Positions 11,193-24,958 of a stretch of 64,000 nt of DNA are shown in pieces. The DNA lies in contig QPGO01000163.1 of NCBI GenBank assembly GCA_008632985.1, forward strand, positions 1 through 64,000. Direction: 5' to 3'. The DNA is from Psammoneis japonica. Taxonomy: Eukaryota. The position numbers were made by a program, and so were the translations under genes. The first letter of the stretch is position 1. Each line of letters begins with the position of its first letter. The notes beneath the pieces were generated by a model. It made no database searches. It saw only the letters and a program-made list of their open reading frames with translations, and had not been told where the DNA came from.

Positions 11193-13801
11193 TCAACGTA
11201 TACTTTTGCGGCGACTCCTCCCTGATCTTTTATATGGAAGAAAGAATTTGGGGGCAGCAACACCGCATTGATTTCGTGAACTATGCCATTCGATGCAAGC
11301 TCAGTTCCCTCGACTTCGCTGTCTCCATTCACAGTGATATCAGCGTCATCAACAGTGAACGAAGATCTCTCCTGAGCAGACTGACCGTTGCATCCTCGGT
11401 GGGGATAAAGTTACTTTCGATAACATGGTAGGATAGAACTTCGGTAAGCGCCGTGGTGTTGCAGGAGATAATTAGTAACTTCTGGGGGGACCGCGGCGAA
11501 CGCTTATCATTGGGCGCTAGAAGAGTGAGTCCCTCAGCAGCAGGAGGGGCTGTGACCACTCTGTCAAATTGCCGGCCGTGATCCCCGCAGAAGAGTCGCA
11601 AAGTTGCCAGCCTCCGTGAGGACATCTGCAATGTTCTTGGTAACACAATCAGGTAGAAGAACTCCTGCAGAGATACTGTGAATAATTCCATTCGAAGCCA
11701 GAATATCGGAACCGTGACGGGAATTCCATTCACACTGACGGCATCACCGCTGCGCGTAAGGTTCAAGAAGAAATCGTCCTCTCAGACTCGACTGTGACCG
11801 GACCTGCAATGGAAGACGAGGGGATGGCCGCATCTGTAGAAAAGAAGAACGAAATTCATGTGAAAACAGCATTGAAAATCATACAGAATCTCCGTCGGTG
11901 AAAGCTGTGCAGACTCACCGCCATAAATATGCCCCAAAAGAACACAAACGAGGTGGTTCTGCCACGGTTCAGAAGTGAGGAGCTCTACGGTGCCATCTGG
12001 AAGAGTAGAAAACGCTCTATTGTCAGGACCGAACAACGTAAGGCTAAGTGCATCGTTGCCCAAATCTTCGGCAAGTCCCGCAGCGGATATTGCGGTGCAA
12101 GAGTGGTGTGGTCAGCAGAATTCACCACAATGTCCATTACAGTTGGTCCTTGAATGCTGGGGTTTGTCGGCGGCCTAGTGAGTGGAGGAGCTGGACGTCC
12201 TGTTGGAGCTTGCGTTGTTGGACGTGGAGTAGGATTGAGTGTTGGACGAGGCGTGGGATTTCTCGGGGGGGATGGAGGTGGACTCGGGGGGTGGCGGCTA
12301 GTGGTGAAGGGTGGACGTTGTTGGAGCTTGCGTTGTTGGACGTGGAGTAGGATGAGTGTTGGAGAGGCGTGGGATTTCTCGTGGGTAATACCGTTGGACT
12401 GCGAGTCGTTGGACCTTGAGTCGATGGTGGCCTTGCGGGATCCAGTGTCGGTGACGATGTCGTCGGAAGTCTTGGTGTGGGCAAAGGCGTAACATTTTCT
12501 GTACTTCTTGAAATGCTAACCGTAACCAAATTGTCAAAAATGTCGCTTCCGGCATTGGCGCCCGCCGCCTGAAGGTTGTCCACGTACGTCAACCTGCTAG
12601 CAGATGTTTCGAAGGGCTCCGTGCCATGGCTTCGATAGAAACATCGTCGCCGGTGCTACTGTCAATAGTATACGTAACAGCTTGGTTGTACGTGACTTGA
12701 AGCGAGGATTCCCCTCCATTTTCTTGATCACTGCAGTGTTGGTGACCTCCAGAGTCGTCTCAACGTTTTGTACGTTTGGTGCTTGTAGATTGCGAACCGA
12801 GTTGAAATAATCCTCGACAAAGGCTTTGGTTGCCGTGGCCCACAACTCGGTATCATTTTCGTCAAACTCGGTATCAATACCAACCAAATTCATGACCAAA
12901 CCGGTGGCCTGTTGGGTCTCGGTGACGGGTGCAACAGTAGGGCTCCCTCCACCACCTCCCCGGACGTCACTCCAACTACAGCTCCGACAATCGCTGCGAT
13001 GGCTGCAATTGCAACTCCGAGAATAATGAAACGCTTCCGGCGGCGCTTATCAACAAGTTCATCATTGTCATCATCTTCTTCGTCACGATCACGTGTCGTT
13101 TCGTTAGCATTTCGTCTTGCCCGTCATCATTAGCAGGAACCGCCTCTACTACTTGTGCCTGCCCGATTCCTGCTTCCAGACGAGCAAGTCGATCTCTAAT
13201 AGCAATCATGTCGTCATCTCTTGATTCTGATGGCGCCACATGTGCTTCAAGAGCGACTGGCAAGTCATTGTCATTCCGAGCAGGCTGTGGCTCGGTAGGA
13301 GGGGGCGGAGGAATTAAATCGTTCGAACGCACCGTTTCGAGTTCTGACAAGAGCGATACATTGTCATCAACGTTCCCGCCTCTCCTTACCTCTCGTCCTC
13401 CTTGGCTGACGGCAAAAGCTCCAAAGGGGACTGTGCCTGCTGTGTCACTGGTAACATCTGATGCAGAGTTTGGTGCAAACATGCCGGAATCTTCGGCAGC
13501 ATCATCTGTGACAAGCGGTTCTGGTACTTTTTGTTCTTCAATCGCCATGCTTTCTTCGTATGCTTCATGTTGACGGCGACGATTAGCAGTTCGTTGATGG
13601 TCTTCTTTTTTTCTTCTCATGGGTGCGAGATGACGCGGTAGATTCTGCCACGGGGACCGATTCCGCAAATTCTTCCAGCTCCTCTTGCTTCCATTTTTCG
13701 TTTTCGTCGTCCATCACATTATTGCCGCTCCCGGCGGTACTGCTCCGCACACCACGTCTGTCGCACATGTCGTCATCGTCATGGATGACTTGATTCATCA
13801 T
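11193..13801 (-). CDS. Single-pass membrane protein with Pro/Thr-rich stalk and two fasciclin (FAS1) domains; several frameshifts in the assembly
   Basis: TM 'RKRFIILGVAIAAIAAIVGAVVGV'. FAS1 motifs 'LTLFGPDNRAF', 'DILASNGIIHSI', 'LTLLAPND', 'VLSYHVI' and 'ELASNGIVHEINAVLLP'. GTGAGT intron donor near 11917. Confidence 0.75.
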
Positions 13802-14699
13802 TGTGGAGAATGGTTGTTTAGAGAGAGCTGCTGCGGACAGCGAACTCGGTTGGATGCGGAAATGGTGGCTTGAGAGCACCACAGGGCCCCAAACAGAGCA
13901 GATGCAGTCGCAGCTTGCAGGAGCGAAGATCCGTGCTTATTTTTTACGACTGAGACTGGCGGTTCGTTCCATCTTTTTACCTGTTGCGGCCCTCCTATCA
14001 TATGATAGAGAGACCACCGGCATCCGGTTGAAGCGCCACATTTCCACGTCATGCCACGTCACGTCACGTCACCTGTGATTTCCTGCCTCCAGGGGAGAGT
14101 GGACAACCATTTTTGCTGTTGTTGTGCAACTGGACTTCTTGGACAATCCACGCCCCACGCACACCCCGAACAGGCTGTCATTCCCTCCATCCATTCCTCC
14201 CAAAGCAACAGTGGCTGTTTTGCCATGTCCACCCCCCCCCCCAAAACGATGCCACCAACATTGCCGGTGAACCCCCAAAAGCAATGTGCAAAATGATGAT
14301 GTTCTTTTTTGTGCACACTGCACGCAATTTAAACAACGACCAGCACACCAGAGACAAGCATCCACCACCTTTCTCAAATTGACTCAAAGCTGAAAAACTG
14401 CAAAAACAAAGGTGGCGAAAGGAGGGAAAAAAGTGCAAACCAGACAAGCAAAGGCTGCCAAGACATGCGAGCAGAAGTCATTGCTGCAGCACAAAAACAA
14501 AACAATGCACAGCTTGTCACCACAAAAGAGCAATCAATGGGAAAGGCAGGACACAAAATGGACAGCTCCAGCAAAAGCAAACCAAGCTTGTTGCAAACAG
14601 GTGAGTTGAAACAACAACATTGTCCCTTGCCAGCCAAGTGATGCAGCCATGGCTGAAAAACTTTTTGCTCTTGTTGAGTGCCAGCAAACACTTGTTGAG

Positions 14700-14887
14700 A
14701 GTTGTTTGACATGAACAAACAAATTTGTCAAGCGTGTTCACACCTGTCCAAGACACCAGAGGAGGTCTTGGCAGACCAAAAATCAGAGAAAAAGCACAAG
14801 CATCTCAAGCCCTGTCTTGAGCAACACTGTCATTTTGCTCCCTTGGTTTTGTCATGCAATGGACTGTTTGGCAGAAAAGCCAAGAGA
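14700..14887 (+). mobile_element. C-terminal remnant of a non-LTR retrotransposon ORF (restriction-like endonuclease type)
   Basis: 'SEKKHKHLKPCLEQHCHFAPLVLSCNGLFGRKAK' resembles the EKKRKY..C...RHFTPLV.S.DG..G.EA tail of RLE-type elements, with apparent Y->H and R->H changes. Confidence 0.45.
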
Positions 14888-15127
14888 NNNNNNNNNNNNN
14901 NNNNNNNNNNNNNNNNNNNNNNNNNNNNNNNNNNNNNNNNNNNNNNNNNNNNNNNNNNNNNNNNNNNNNNNNNNNNNNNNNNNNNNNNNNNNNNNNNNNN
15001 NNNNNNNNNNNNNNNNNNNNNNNNNNNNNNNNNNNNNNNNNNNNNNNNNNNNNNNNNNNNNNNNNNNNNNNNNNNNNNNNNNNNNNNNNNNNNNNNNNNN
15101 NNNNNNNNNNNNNNNNNNNNNNNNNNN
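14888..15127. other. Assembly gap (N run)
   Basis: Run of n. Confidence 1.
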
Positions 15128-16299
15128 CCCATCATTGTCTTGGGAGATCTCCATCAATTTGTCCCAAATCAGCTCCAGGTGTCCTCAGTGGGAGGATGGT
15201 GTGGGTCTTTGGAGCATTTGGTCTTGGCACCAAAACCCAGGGTGCCACACCTGGTTTCTTTTTTTCAAGGAAATCAGACAAATGACGCAAGCATCTGTTG
15301 AATCAACAATTTTGATGTCAACATGATTGTTTGCAATCATTTTGGTTGTCACATGTTGTGTGGTCTTGCCATGATGACAAAAGATCAAAAACACTTTGAA
15401 ACATTCTGAGGTGGAAAACCCGGGTGCCACACCAATGTGCTTGTGACAGCTGCATCTCTTGCAGACCACAAGCTTTGCCGTTGGTTCCCTGTTGTGACCT
15501 CTGCCTTCAAAACTTGACACAGAATGACAGTTTGGCATCATGTCATGTCAAAAGAGTGTTGGCAATGCCAAACAAAACAGCTGCAAAAAGAAACCCGGGT
15601 GTGACACCCGGGTTTTTGCATGTGAAAATCCCAAATGATCTCTTCACAGACACCAAGGGACCACAACTCAGTTGGACTCCACTTGTCAAGACAGAATGTT
15701 GACAACCTGTCTCCAGGCATTTGCATGTGACAACCATTTTTTGCTCACATGACTGCACTGGCTGTGCACACACTGCAATGACCACTTTTTCCATGTGGTT
15801 TGCATGACAAAACAAAACCTGAAATCTGTTTTCAAAGTCCTGCCATGCCTCCACCTGCAGCTCCAGCAACAAGCTGACCCACACTCCCAGCTCACTTGCA
15901 GTGTGGCAGGAGCACATGACAACTGACCAGGGCTGGCATCACCCGAGGGTGATGCCATGCCAAAACAACTTGCAATGGCTCTCGTGTCTCTGCAATGCTT
16001 GACTTGAACATGGGTCTGACCATGGCTGGCCAATTGCAAAGACAGTGAGCAGAGTGAGTGAGAGATGCTCCTCAACTGAATCCAACAAATGTGCCCTGTT
16101 CTTTGCCAGGTGATCACATCTGACTGTGAACAAGCAGCCTTTGCCTCCACACTGCATTGTTGCAAGAGTGCCACAAATCCCACCATTGCTCCCAAATGTG
16201 GTTCCCAACAGTGGCACCCCAATCCAGCATTTTGCGCTCTTTCAGAAATGCTCTGACACGTGCCACCAGCCAAGAGACATCAAGTCTGTGTCACACTCC

Positions 16300-16800
16300 A
16301 CAGAGAGATGAGAGAACCAACAATTGTGCTTGAACAACTGACCCCACCCAATCATGTCCTCCTGAGAATGGAGGGCTGATGCCATGTCACAATGGAGTTC
16401 ATCCAGACACAACATTTCATCTCAAAGTTGCATCTCGATGGCCAGCAGCTTTTCTTGTGCAAGCCTTGCACAAATGTCCTGCGCCAATCCTTGTCATGTG
16501 GACAGTGGAGGACATGGTCTCTGCCCTCCACTGGATGTCAACAGTGCATGCAGCAGTCTGGCTGGGCAAGATTGCAGCAATGGACAATCTTGTTCATTGG
16601 CAAAAGGACTTTTGTGCTGGTTTGACTGTGCTGACTTTCCTGCAGATGTTCCTGGACATCAGCTTCTCATGTGCCTCCCAGCCAACAGATTTGCAAACTG
16701 CGCCAGACCAGCCACACTTTTCTTGCATGCAGCGAATGAGAGCCAAGCTGCTGGAGGCCTTGCAGCAGAGAAAGGACTTGTGCTTGGAAGAGACAGTTGA
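16300..16800 (-). mobile_element. Decayed non-LTR retrotransposon C-terminal zinc-knuckle region
   Basis: Minus-strand translation gives 'CCMHC*HPVEGRDHVLHCP' followed by 'IGWGQLF', typical of LINE C-termini; heavily decayed. Confidence 0.35.
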
Positions 16801-18011
16801 GTTTTGGACAACCAAATCGCCAGAATGACTGTCAACAATCTGTTGGAAAGATCAGAGCATTTCATGCATCAGGCCCCATTCAGCAGAAAGCATGTTTGTG
16901 ATGTGGTGTTGCTGAAATTGATCTCTCTCTCTCTCTCTGCACCAATTGCCTCTTTGTCAATGGGTGAAGGGGGGAGAGCTTGGAAGTTGGACACATTGCA
17001 AACCAAGGAAGAGTTGTTGCAATGAAGATCCATGCCGCCATGTGCAAAGGTTCTGTGACAACAGCCCACCAACCTGAAGAGAAAACAAAAACAGGAGAGA
17101 AGACTGCACATGCCTCAGCTGTCAATGCAAAGATGGGCTAAAAACAGAGCTGGTCCTGACAGCCAATCAATGGAGTGTGCCGTCAATCCACATGGCTTGC
17201 ATGCAGGGGTTCAAGAAAATGGCAACATGGTGCTGAGTGCAGCATCTTGTGCAAACTCTGTGCATGACACATCATTGGAGTCCTCATGACATGAGGTTTC
17301 CTGATCAATGGCCACAAGCAGTCAGAATGGAAATTTTGACCCAACAGTGCTGCTCGAGCGTCACTGCACATGGCAAAAATTGTGGGGCTCCCATTCCACG
17401 TCAAAAACTGTGCACAAAATTGACAGTGAAACGCATTTGTGGTTGTGCACCAGATTTCGAGGGGGCACAACAATGGCATCAACGCAACATCATAAAAAGC
17501 TGCCGTCTCAAAATTTGCCAACACAGTCGTCTACCTCGTTGTCTCAGGAAAGCAAATCACTTTCAACTGTCTTTTGCGCACCAGAATTGCGCGTCAGTGC
17601 TTGGGGCACAATTAGTTTTGATGAAATAAGTGGGTTTTGCACGATTTTATGTGCTGAAAAAGCGCTTTTTCATGGAAAAACGCGACTTACCGGTAGTCGG
17701 GTGCGTCTTTGATCTCAGCTTTCCAAATCACGCTAAGTTTTTACAAAACACCGTACATAACGTTCTGCAGTACAGCATGTCCTTATGACCGAAAATTGTT
17801 ATTAACACTGGTGACCGTTGGCCCGAAGTGCTAAGACATTTTCATATATTTACATACGTGCACATACATAATAAAATAACAGCGATTCGAGCTGGCTTTT
17901 AGCGACCGCCTTCGCTCACTTTTTTCTCAAACGAAGTTGAACAAAGCTGATGAATGCAGTGTACTCTACGAGTAGCCCCAGCCCTATCATAGCCCCCCTA
18001 CAACCATCCCG

Positions 18012-19077
18012 ATGAAGGCCAAGTCAGCCTTTCTACTATTCATTGTAATGGGCGTTGCCCCTTATGTTTACATCCGTGCGTGACTCTTCTCGATTGTTTT
18101 CCGCGTCCACATGTGCTGATCTTTCCTCTTATCGTTTCATCTCATTTTGCCACTCTATTTCAAATCAAAACCAAGGGGCACAACAGTGCCCGCCTGTGGA
18201 AGAAGGGGCATGCAGCGTTTGCGGTGCTGGTACGGGCTTATGTGTGCAAAAACCAGATGTCATCATTCGACATCCAGGACGGCCAGAGGTTTCTTGCGGT
18301 TTTATAGAGACGTTGGGATTAAGCGGAAGAATCCCAGCACAGTATTGTCCACAGTTTCCTGAAGTCATATTCGACGACTGCGGGTGTGGAACCCCGTCAG
18401 CTTCTAATAAAGCGACTGCTGTACCCGCTTACGCGCCAACTTTGTCACCTAGTAGTGAGCCAAGTGCTACTCCTACGAATGAGCCGAGTGGTACCCCTAA
18501 TTATCGACCAACAGATTCACCTACGATGGAACCGAGCGCTACACCCACTGTCGAGCCGAGTGACGTACCCACTAATGAGCCAAGTTTGTCACCCACCAAC
18601 GCACCAAGTGCTACTCCTTCTTATCGACCAACAGATTCACCTACGATGGAGCCGAGCGCTACACCCACTATCGTGCCGAGTGACGTACCCACTAATGAGC
18701 CAAGTTTGTCACCCACTAATGAACTGACTATTGCAGCTTCTGAAAATGACGGAGACTTTGGAGAGACTGCTTCGCCAACAGTTGCTCCATCCGTGGCACC
18801 ACAGTGTCCACCCGTTCCGGACGGCGCTTGTAATATTTGTGGTGCGGGCAAATGCGTGCAGAACAGAGAAGCAATGTTTCGATATTCGGAACACCCTCCT
18901 ATCGCTTGTGGTGATTTAGAACGGGTTGGTCTAGACGGAGTCATTCCACTGCAGTACTGTTCATTGTTTCACAACCTTGTTACTGTCGTCTGCGAGTGCG
19001 GTACACCGTCAGTGTCTGAACCTCCCGGAAGGAGAGGGTTAAGGAAAAGGAAAAGGCGATTGCGATTCACTCTCTAA
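18012..19077 (+). CDS. Secreted protein with two Cys-rich domains separated by a PT/EPS-rich linker
   Basis: Signal-like exon 1 MKAKSAFLLFIVMGVAPYVYI, then GTGCGT intron (~18076-18175). Repeated domain CPPVxxGACxxCG...CG..E..G..G.IP.QYC...C.C. C-terminal GLRKRK. Confidence 0.8.
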
Positions 19078-19319
19078 AGAGGATACGAATGCCGATGTAA
19101 ATATTGGTAGTCGTTGGAACTCTTACAGCACATTTTACAATAAGATGTTGTTGTAAGCAGTTGTTTTTGAAAAGCTGTAATAGAATTTTGAATAACTTCT
19201 TTTGGTTGTGTAAAGCCTACGCGAACACTGAGCAGTGCCTGACAAAGTTATTGATAATTTGTTCAAACTCACCAAAAGGACATGACCAGCCGTAGTTGTT
19301 ACAACTACCAAAGACTCTT

Positions 19320-19640
19320 GTATTGTTCATTATTTCCCAACCTTGTTACGTACTGGCGTCTGCGAGTGCGGAACACACCATCATTGTTTGAACATACAGG
19401 AAGGGAGGATTAACGAAAAGGCAATTATGATCGACTAACTAAAGGATACGAATGACCATGTGTATATTGGTAGCTATTGGAACGCTTGCAGAACAGTTTG
19501 CAGTATGGTGAAGCTTGTAAGCAGGAATTATGAATAGCTTCTTCTGGCTGCGCAACGAACACGCGAACACTGACAGTGCCTGACTAAGTTGTTGATAAGT
19601 TGCCCAAACTCACTTTCAAAAGAACACGAGCAGACGTAGC
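19320..19640 (+). pseudogene. Tandem partial duplicate of the 3' end and 3'UTR of the 18012-19077 gene
   Basis: 'aaccttgttac...gtctgcgagtgcgg...ggatacgaatg...acgcgaacactga' matches ~18955-19295. Confidence 0.75.
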
Positions 19641-20414
19641 ATTATCAACTATGAATGATTCTTTTTCCTCAATGACCGCTTCCTAATTACTTCATCCTTT
19701 ATCCCGTTATACAAAGCAAAAGTACCTTTGGTACACGGTAATGTTCTTTTCGGCTTGATCATCTCCAAAAGACGTCATCCTCCTGTCGTACACCGTTGAA
19801 ATAACCACCCATGCAAGGAGGAGGAATCGTCACCGGAGCACGTCCCTTGTCACTTGGTCTGCTTTTGTGGTGCTGATTGTGTGGAAGAAGCAACCGCAGA
19901 GGAAAAAGAAAGAGACAAGTCGACGGCGGAGCACTTTACTCTCAAGCGTCAAGCGTAGGGCCCTGCATAATCTGGCAAGAATTGCGGTGCGGCTCCATTA
20001 ATTGCCAGTTGTCATTGGTGACATCACGAATGAGAAAAATCAGGAAAGCAAAGATGAAGAACGACGGACTTGCTTATTTTGTTGACGCATCACATTGCCA
20101 AAATAAACTGCGTCGCCCTCGCCATCGTTCTTGCTCCATGTTTGTGGTGCAGTCGTGATTTCGACAAAAATAACTAATAAAATATTGACCGTTAAACCAA
20201 CGGATATCATTTGTCCGTTGAATTTCGAATTGCGAAATCAGATATCGCACGACCGACAGACCAATGGACAATTTTCTTATAAAATTAATTCAGGAACGAA
20301 TATATTTTACAAAAATAAGCGATCGGGAAGAGCGATGCGTATCTTCGCTCACTTTTTCTCAACATTGCAGGTCAACAGTGCTCATTCATCATCGTACGGG
20401 TAACAACCCTCATC

Positions 20415-21142
20415 ATGACCACCATGATGATGGCGAATTTTGCCTTTCTTCTTTTCATTGGAATAGACTTCGCCCCCAACGTTTACATCCGTGCGTGACC
20501 ATTCTCGACTGTTTCTGCGAGTGCCTTGTTTTTGTGTCATATGCGACTACTGCTATTTTCTAATTTATTTGCCATTTTCAACGGATTCGTTCTGAACGTT
20601 TTTTCTCTTTGTTTCACTCTACTTATTATCCATATAAAGAGGCGCGAGAGTGCCCAGAGGTGCCTGAAGGAGCGTGTAATGTTTGTGGCGCTGACACGGG
20701 CGAATGTGTCCAACAACCAGATGTCATGTTTCGATACCCCGGACAGCCGCAGGTTACTTGTGGCGAGATCGAGAAGGGAGGTCTTGATGGGTTAATTCCA
20801 GCCGCGTACTGTCCATTGGCTCGAAACTATATTTTAGACGTCTGCGAGTGCGGACCTTCATCGGCATTTGATTCGACTGCCGCACCAACTTGGGAGCCAA
20901 CCGCTGCACCAACATCTGAGCCAACGGCCTCACCCACAGATCGACCAACTTTTTTACCCACTAATGAGTCGAACGCTGCCATACCTTCTTCTGTGCCCTC
21001 TACCACTCCGTCTGCAATGGCGAGTTTGGCGCCAAGCGATGTGCTTTCAGCAGCACCTTCAGTATCAACGGCACCTTCCTCTGTGCCTTCAACTACTCCA
21101 TCTGCAATTCCCACTTCTGGATTACGGAAAAGGAAATTATAG
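20415..21142 (+). CDS. Paralog of the 18012 gene: one Cys-rich domain plus APT/PS-rich tail
   Basis: Same exon-1 end and donor 'gtttacatcc|gtgcgtgac', CPEVPEGACNVCG...CEC domain, C-terminal GLRKRKL. Confidence 0.8.
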
Positions 21143-21524
21143 ACCATCGACAGGGTGAGAATGATCGAGAATGTAAATATTTGTAGTCGTCGGACTACAT
21201 ACAACACAGTTTAAATGATAGTATACTTTTAAAAAGCAATTTTCGAATTGGTCTCGAGGACTGGAATGCTCTTAAAGTAATGTATACGGTACTGTCCAAG
21301 ATCTTCTCTGTACAGTAGAGGGGATGGTAGGACCTAAGGTGACGATACGAATTAGATATCTTACGCATACAACAGAAAGCCAGACAAAAAAGAACAGAAA
21401 TAGTATAATGAAGATAAAAATGCTAATACACGCAATTAAAACGTTATGATATATGAAACACAAAGTGGTCATTCAAGCTAATACAGAAAGAGAGCACTTG
21501 TTCCAAAAGTACATATACCACTTC

Positions 21525-23508
21525 TTATAATCGAAGTCGCTTGATTTCCTGTTCATCCGTTCTTCGAGTTCTCAAGCCGTAGCCTTCTGGCGCCACTGCT
21601 CGTCCAAACTCAATGGACCAGTCCTCAATCGCTTGCTCCAGTGATCGGCCCATGCCATAACTCATAGACATGGACATAGAAAAGTCAAATGACATGGAAT
21701 AGTCAAGCGACATGGAGAAGTCTGGTGTTGGGGGTGTTGGCCCTGGAGGTGTAGGTGTAGGGCCCGGTGGTGTTGGACCCGGGGGTGTAGGTGTAGGGCC
21801 CGGCGGTGTTGGACCCGGAGGCGTAGGTGTAGGACCCGGCGGTGTTGGACCGGGCGGTGTTGGGCCCGGCGGTGTAGGACCGGGTGGTGTTGGGCCCGGA
21901 GGTGTTGGACCCGGCGGTGTTGGGCCCGGAGGTGTTGGGCCCGGCGGTGTTGGACCCGGAGGTGTCGGTGGCGTAGGACTTGGTGGTGTCGGTGTCGGTG
22001 GTGTAGGACTCGGTGGTGTCGGTGTCGGTGGCGTTGGACTTGGTGGATCCGGTCCAGGGCCTGCAGGTGGCGGAGTTGGAGTAGGCGGACCAGCCGGAGG
22101 CGGTGTAGGAGTAGGCGGACCAGCAGGTGGCGGTGTTGCCGAAGGAGGCCCTGTTGGCGACGGAGGTCCAGCTGGCGGCGGTGTTGACGAAGGAGGCCCG
22201 GTTGCCGAAGGCGGCCCTGTTGGCGACGGAGGTCCAGCTGGCGGCGGTGTTGACGACGGAGGCCCGGTTGCCGAAGGCGGCCCTGTTGGCGACGGAGGTC
22301 CTGCTGGCGGCGGTGTTGCGGAAGGAGGCTCGGTTGCGGAAGGAGGCCCTGTCGGTGACGGAGGTCCTGCTGGCGGTGGTGTTGCCGAAGGAGGCTCCGT
22401 TGCCGAAGGAGGCCCTGTCGGTGACGGAGGTCCTGCTGGCGGCGGTGTTGCCGAAGGAGGCTCCGTTGCGGAAGGAGGCCCTGTCGGTGACGGAGGTCCC
22501 GCTGGCGGTGGTGTGGGTGGCTGAGTAACGGGAGTATCTTGGGTTGGTACAAAGGTAATCATTGGCGTCGGTTGCCCAGGAGACGGCGGTCCAGTCGTTG
22601 GAGGGCCAGTTGTTGGCGGTCCAGTCGTTGGAGGTCCAGTCGTTGGCGGTCCAGTCGTTGGAGGTCCAGTCGTTGGAGGTCCAGTCGTTGGAGGACCAGT
22701 CGTTGGAGGTCCAGTCGTTGGCGGACCGGTTGTAGGCGGGCCGGTCGTTGGCTGCGCTGTTGGAGATGGGACAGCGGTCGGTGTTTCTGAAACTGCAGGA
22801 CACAAGTCGGCTCTCGCAGGCCCAAGCTCGGACTGTCAAGACCAGTAGAACAAATAATAGTGAGCTACATCCAATATCTGCGTTCCAACAGTTAGATTGC
22901 AAAACATATCTACTCACAAACACTGTCCATCCAGCGCTCTCTCCAACATCTAAGATCGGCGAAACAGTGCAATTATTTGTGTACGTCATGAGCCAGAAGT
23001 TGAGTACCGTTATCCCTTCCGCATTCACTCCGGTAATAATGAGCTGCAGACCGCGGGGAAGATTGGAAGCATCCGTCATGTTGGAAACTGCCGCTATACT
23101 CGTGTACTCAAACGTGTCTCCGTCAGAAAAATCTCCTCTTCGCACCTCTTGATTAAGAATTACAAGAGACTGCCCAAGCTCCAAAATATCCACTCGACTC
23201 ACACTCACAGGGACTCTGTCATCGGTTGGGTTGTCTCCAAACGGCTCGATGATGCATGATGTTGAGTTAATGCCAGTTCCGACGCCGGTATCGATATCCA
23301 CAGGGGGGCAAGTCAAGGAAAAATCGAATTCAAACTCAAACACGCTTGGAGAACAAGCGCAGATATCCACTCCAACTTCCTGTGCATTACCATGGGACAA
23401 CGCGAGTACAATTAAAAGAAGAAGCTCCTTCCACAGCGAACGAGAGTTGAAATGTCTCTTTGTTTGTGTTCGTGAGGATTTGGTCGCGTGCTTATTTGCC
23501 ATGCCCAT
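21525..23508 (-). CDS. Secreted Pro/Thr/Gly-rich (extensin/mucin-like) protein with N-terminal Cys domain and SMSMS tail
   Basis: Hydrophobic leader LLLLIVLALSHGNA and CACSPSVFEFEFDFSLTCPP domain. Intron 22917-22833 (GTGAGT..CAG) joins in frame to (PPTTG)n, (PPPAGPPSPTGPPSAT)n and (PTPPG)n. Tail DFSMSMSMSYG. Start codon uncertain. Confidence 0.85.
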
Positions 23509-24920
23509 TCTTTTCGATTCAATCAGCTGTGAATCACGTGCCACCCTTTCCAACGCCATTTGGGATGCATACGATAAACAAAAAGACTGCAACAATATCT
23601 GCGTGTGGTGTTGGCAACAAGAAACGGTATCAATAGAATGGGCCCAACACACGCGATGGTTGAACACAAAAATTGTTGTGCTTCACTGTCGCGGTACCAC
23701 ACGATGAGATACGCGGTTGCAAGTGAGCTGCGTGCACCCGGGACGGGAAAATTTTGTGAGTGGAAAGATACCTATTTCGTAAGTGAACGGAAATTTCTCT
23801 ATAGTTAACAGATACAATAAAACATCAACGGAGAAGATATAGTCCGTTGAATTACTTTACTGTTGCAAAATAGACGATCTGAATTGTATCGATTTTTATA
23901 TGTCTCGACAAAAACGGCGAAATGTTACCTACATGAATTAAGGCTCTATACGAAGTCCCGCGTCAGCACACCCATACTTTGCCACCCTGGTATCCACCGC
24001 CAACAATTTTGGCCATCATAGAAATTTGTCGACCTATATATATTATCGAATGTAATTCCTTAGTGAATGTATTAAATTCTATGTTGAGGCAGAAATTTCA
24101 AATTTGTCTTTCACCACAAATCCTATAGTACACATTATGACTTCCTAAAAACCTGTAGACACCCATTGAAAATTCACAAAAACTTAATATCTTATCCATC
24201 GATGACGTGCACAAAATCTACATTCAGAGAGTTATAAATAAATTCAGTTGTGTATCCACTATAAGTTTGATAATAGTCATGATTATACCGTCTCAAACAC
24301 AAAATTCATCTAAATTTCTGATACTGAAAATGCGCGGGGAGATGAGTGAGCAGGCATGACCTCACACTCGCTCACTTTTTCTGATGCTTCGCCTAAAACG
24401 GAATTGTTGTTGCCGTTCACGTCATGTGAATCGAAAAATGACGGTTACGAGAAGTTATGAGAAGTGGATCGAGAGAATGACGGTTGTGAGAGATGTTGAT
24501 GTACAACATATGACGAGCACCTCCATGCTCTCTCTCTCTCTGCTAGAGGTACGTAGGGCAAATCGAAAGCTTGCACACCGAATGGAAATGGAGGTCTTGT
24601 TACACATGGAAGGAAGAAGGAACGGCATACTTGCTGCAAGGCTTTGGTTCCAGGTTTCTCTCTAGAGAGAGTGACCGCTCGACCTTCAAGAGCTGCTGAC
24701 TAGAATGGCTTGGATTATTAGTGGACAAAAGATGATATGCGGAGGATGGCTACAAGCTTCAATTCTAAGCTCTCTCCTGCACCCAGACTACCGCGCCTAC
24801 GAACGTCTATCCGTGCTGTCAACAAACCAGACTACTGCTCGTTCGAAAGTCCATCCGTGCTTTCAACATCCTGGTTATGGATGTAGTCCATTTTCCATTT
24901 TAAAGCTGCCAAGGCAACCT

Positions 24921-24923
<3 letters not shown>

Positions 24924-24957
<34 letters not shown>
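24924..24957. repeat. (GA)n microsatellite
   Basis: Direct inspection. Confidence 0.95.

Positions 24958-24958
<1 letters not shown>

Noticed and set aside
21712..22524. Elastin/silk-like (GGVGP)n ORF on the + strand
   Set aside because: Antisense shadow of the (PTPPG)n exon; the minus-strand gene has the leader, splice sites and tail
23760..24330. AT-rich stretch as a possible MITE
   Set aside because: No convincing TIRs or TSD found by eye
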